NCBI RefSeq assembly: GCF_009914755.1
Contig: NC_060929.1
Source of the DNA: the human T2T-CHM13v2.0 reference genome, Homo sapiens
DNA: 64,000 bases
Reading direction: 5' to 3' (one strand)
In this document: positions 59,743-64,000 of the stretch, one piece after another
How the letters are laid out: each line of letters starts with the position of its first letter
Numbering within the stretch: position 1 is the first letter of the stretch
The notes under the pieces: model-generated
Told to the model about the DNA's origin: nothing
Database searches by the model: none
What the model saw: the letters and a program-made list of their open reading frames with translations, nothing else
Program-made: the position numbers and the translations under genes

Positions 59743-60594
59743 TTTCGTTGAGGATTTCTGTGTCTAAGTTTATGAGAAATATTGGTCTGTAATTTCCTTT
59801 TATTCTACTGTTTTTGTCTAGTTTGGGTATCAAAGTAATACTGGCCTCATAAAGTGAATAGAGAAGTAGTCCTTCTTCTTCTATTCTCTAGGATAGAATG
59901 TTTAAAATCAGAGCTTATTCTTCTCAGAATGTTTGGTAGAGTTCTCCAGTGAAACCATCTGGGTTTGGAGATTTCTTTTTCCAGAGCGTTTTAGTGGCAG
60001 TTCAATTTATTTCATGGTTATAGGACTATTCTGTTTCATCTTGTTTGAGCTTTGGTCATTTACGGTTTTCAAAAATTGGTCCATTTCTTCTAAAGTTGTT
60101 TAATTTATAAGTGTACATGTGTCCATGGTATTCCCTTTTATTCTTTTAATAGCTGCAAGAATTATAATTATATCCTGTTTCATGACTGATATTGGTAATT
60201 TGTGCCCCCTCTCTTTTTATTTTGTCAGGCTTGCTAGAGGTTTATCAACCAGCTTCATGTTCTATTGATTTCCCTATTGTTATTCTTTTCAATTTCATTG
60301 ATTTCTGCTTTTATCTTTATTATTTCCTTCCTTTTGCTTTTTTTGAGTTTATTTTGCTCTTCATTTTTCTTGAGGTAGAAACTTAGGTGATTAATTTGGG
60401 ATCTTTTCTAAGGTAATCATTTTATTTTTTTGAATGTAGTCATTTAGTGCTATGAATTTCCCTCTCAGCACCACCTTAGCTTCATTCCACCAATTTTGAT
60501 ATGTTGTATTTACATTTCCATTCAGTTCTGTATATTTTCTAAAACTTTCCTTTGAGACTTCCTCTTTGCTGAGGTATTATTTAGAATTGTGTCA

Positions 60595-60916
<322 letters not shown>

Positions 60917-61214
60917 TCAAGTGTATCGAGATTCTCCCATTGCCTTTCTCTCATTGATTACTAATTAAATTTCATTATGCTCAGAGGACATATTCTGCAT
61001 AGTTTTGTTTTCTGGCCAAAGATGTGGTGTGTCATGGATGCTTTAAAAAAAAAAAGTGTATTCTACTGAGTGTTGTATTAATGTCAGTTAGATCCTATTG
61101 ATTAATTCTGTTGTTCAAGTCTTCTATGTATTTGCTGATTTTCTGCCTAGTAGTTCTATCAATTACTGAGAGAGGGATGTTGATGTCTCTAACTGTAATT
61201 GCAGAGGCCCATGA

Positions 61215-62190
61215 TAAGGCATTGAATTTGAAAAAAAAATACAACGTTTGAATATAAATTTAGGTGAAAAAGTAAATATTTCTTTAGAATGAAAAAATAA
61301 ATCTAGAATGCTGACACAAAATCCACAAGCATCACAAAACCTGGAAAAATAACACAAGTGCATTATTTTACTGCCTGACATACCTCTGTAGTTTTGTCCT
61401 AAATTTTTTTCTAGATGCTCTTTAAGTGGTGATTTTGTTTTATTATAATTTAATAGATTGAATAGAAATATAATTGTCTTTCTTCTAACATGGTTAATCA
61501 CAAAATTTTTATTATTGATAGTTTAGATTTTTTTCAGCTTGACAACTTGTTATTAGTAATGGCTTGTGATTTCTTAAGATTGTTATCTCATTTGGGAAAA
61601 TTTCCATCATGTCTTTTCTTTTTCCGTGTTACCTACACGTTCATTTTCCATATGTGCTATAAAGTTTGGAAGAATTTTCTATAGACTAACTTCTGGCTGT
61701 ATACATACTTCGGGTTCAGGTGCCACAGAACATGTTCATGTTACAACACAAACTCTGGTCCTGCCCCATTGTGTTAGAATGCAGACAGAGTCAGGCACTG
61801 GACTGTAGAAGTACTCCTGGAAGTTATTACTCCACTAAGATAGTTATCAATAAGATACTAGACACAGACATAACTATGAATCACATAAATATCCTCTGAC
61901 CAAATTTTTAAAAATGTCTCTTAAACTCAACTTCCCCTTAGCTGGAACCCAAAGTTATTACAGCTACTCTAATACCACCTGACAAAACAGACCTGTGACA
62001 GACAGTAAGTCAAAGTGGAAAGAGAAATGCCCTTAACCAATTGTGATTAAGAGATACTACTTTTGCAGATTTTACAAAAACTTATGAACATATTGCTAAG
62101 GCATTTTCCAGGACCTTGAAAAGGGCCCACGCAAGTGAAGAGCCTTGAAGCTTAACATTCATTAGTTTCATCAAAAATTAAGTCCTGCTA
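61215..62190 (-). mobile_element. Zaphod-like hAT-Tip100 fossil
   Basis: Terminal gggcccacgcaagtga.gagccttgaagcttaa..ttcattag matches the recalled Zaphod/MER115 end. Confidence 0.65.
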
Positions 62191-62279
62191 CTGATATTTT
62201 AGTGGAATATACAGAGGAGAAGGAAGTAAACACTGGTACTTAGCCCCCCATCTAGCAGCAGAAGTTTCTTGGATGTCTT

Positions 62280-62375
62280 TTTAAAAGTACTTTTTATTAT
62301 GAAAAATTCCAAGCATACACAAAAGTAGTAAGAATAATATAATGAATACTCATGGTACTCATCATCCAGCTTCTG
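62280..62375 (-). mobile_element. L1MC4/5 3' tip
   Basis: tttattatgaaaaattccaagcatacacaaaagtag..gaataatataatgaa. Confidence 0.6.
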
Positions 62376-62769
62376 TTTGTTTGGACACTTTCAATTCAAG
62401 AAATTGTAGGAGATAAATACAAATATGAATAAGATATGGCCTATGCCCTCATGTATGTATCTATTATAGTAAAGAAGACAAGACATGAGGCCAACACATG
62501 GCAATGTAATACTACCTAAAGGAGAACAATAAGCCATGGAAGCAGAGATGACCTCTGGCCAGGGATGACCAGTAAGGGCTTCAAGGAAGACATGGTCTAG
62601 GCAAAAAACAAGTACACATTTTAACTTGTCGACGCTGAGACAGAATTGAGATATCTAAAATACATATTTTCTGGGTTTTTACCCTGGAGCTCCTCTTGAC
62701 ATTTAGGAAATAATCCAACCTCCTTACTATCTATCTAGACCTCTAACTGGATACTCAGATTCATTCAGA

Positions 62770-63420
62770 TTTAAGTATCATGTATTGAGTGCTTGCCAAG
62801 TGTGACGGCTAATTTTATGTGTCAACTTGACTGGGCTAAGGGACGCCCAAATAAGTGATAAAATATTATGTCTGGGTGTGTCTGTGAGGGTGTCTCAGAA
62901 AGAGAGTAGCATTTGAATTCATAGACTGAATAAAGAAGATCTCCCTCACCAATGTGGGTGAGCATCTTCTCCTGCCTTGGACGTTAACTCTCCTGTTTTT
63001 TCGAGCTTTCAGACTCAAACCGGCATTCATACTGTCAGCACCCTGATTATCAGGCCTTCAGACTCAGACTGAATTACACCACTAGCTTTTCTGGTTCTCC
63101 AGCTTATGGATGGCAGATTGTGGGATTTCTTGGCTTCTATAACCACATGAGCCAATTTTTATAATAAATCTCATATATATTCTAGTGGTTCTGTTTCTTT
63201 GGAGAACCCTAAATAATGCACCAGGTGCTGGTCATTTTCATATGTACCATTTCATTTAATCCTCACAACACAACAAGCCTGAGATAGATATTATAAGCAC
63301 CATGTCTGAAGATGAGAAGAAAAATCCAGAGAGACAACTTGTATAAAGCTGCACAGATTAAAAAAAAAAAACATAACTAAGCCCAGAAATTCTAACTTCA
63401 AGTGTTTTTTATCACCTACC
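62770..63420 (-). mobile_element. MIR split by an MLT2 LTR
   Basis: tattgagtgctt..[LTR]..ccaggtgctg..tcatttaatcctcacaac. Confidence 0.6.
62801..63220 (+). mobile_element. MLT2B/C (ERVL) solo LTR
   Basis: tgtgacggctaattttatgtgtcaacttgactgggctaaggga...ggttctgtttct.tggagaaccct..taatgca; TSD ccaag/ccagg. Confidence 0.88.
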
Positions 63421-63702
63421 CCTTCATGGTACTTTTATTAAATTTTCAAAATACTTCCCCATTTCACAAACCTTCAGTGGCTCTCAGTCACTACATGATG
63501 AAATTAAATGTCCTTAGTTTACCATTTTCCATTCTCTACAATCCAGTTTGGTTTTCCTTCAACTTTATTTTCCATTTGTAAGACTATGTCTTAATTCTCT
63601 TACTGTGTTTAGGAGATTGCCCTCCTCATGAAGCAGAAATTCCCTCTCACTATCGAAATTAGAAGTTCATATGCTCATTTTCCTGGCCTTCCTATCAATT
63701 AG

Positions 63703-63838
63703 CACTGTGCTGTCAAACATGGTAGCCACTGGCCACACGTGGCTACTGAGCACTTGACGTATGTCTAGTGCCACATGTTGAAATATTTTGGATATATTGG
63801 GTTAAATAAAATATATTATTAAAATTGGTTTCACCTGG
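63703..63838. mobile_element. MER33/MER3-type hAT-Charlie MITE
   Basis: ggtagccactggccacacgtggctactgagcacttga; ttttggatatattgggttaaataaaatatattattaaaatt. Confidence 0.75.
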
Positions 63839-64000
63839 TTTTTGTTTTGCTTTAGAGTCAGGGTCTCCCCCCCGTCACCCAGGCTGGAGTGCAGTGTCAC
63901 AATCGTAGCTCACCGCAGCCTGGAACTCCTGGGCTCAAGTGATCCTCCGGCTTCAGGTTCCTGAGTAACTAGGACTACAGGCATGCACCACCATGCCCAG
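63839..64000 (-). mobile_element. AluJ right arm (runs off the window)
   Basis: agggtctc..gtcacccaggctggagtgcagtg..gggctcaagtgatcctcc. Confidence 0.9.

Overview
Catarrhine primate (most likely human) intergenic or deep-intronic DNA. I recognise no host protein-coding exon, RNA gene or CpG island. More than half of the window is interspersed repeats: about 21 Alu/FLAM copies, a full-length L1PA6-like element (34020-40187, minus), a near full-length L1PA16-like element with an internal RT deletion and a THE1A insertion (19511-24606), older L1M/L2/MIR fragments, solo LTRs (MER39, LTR16 x2, MER65-like, LTR41, MLT1/MLT2) and DNA-transposon fossils (Tigger3, MER2, MER5, MER20, MER33, Arthur1, Zaphod, a pogo-type transposase remnant). 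Most ORF-track entries are Alu, L1 or chance ORFs. The most unusual structure is a ~395-bp-arm inverted repeat in apparently unique DNA (49809-50205 / 51082-51473, about 85% identical by hand alignment, 876-bp spacer). It carries an AP-1 site in each arm and a well-formed candidate exon in the loop. Other notable items: one L1 target site apparently used twice by L1s of very different age, an open ORF0-like frame in the L1PA6 antisense promoter pointing into the unique region, a cluster of short near-perfect palindromes, and several structurally aberrant Alus. Subfamily names come from recalled consensus features, not database searches. Boundaries without a TSD are approximate.
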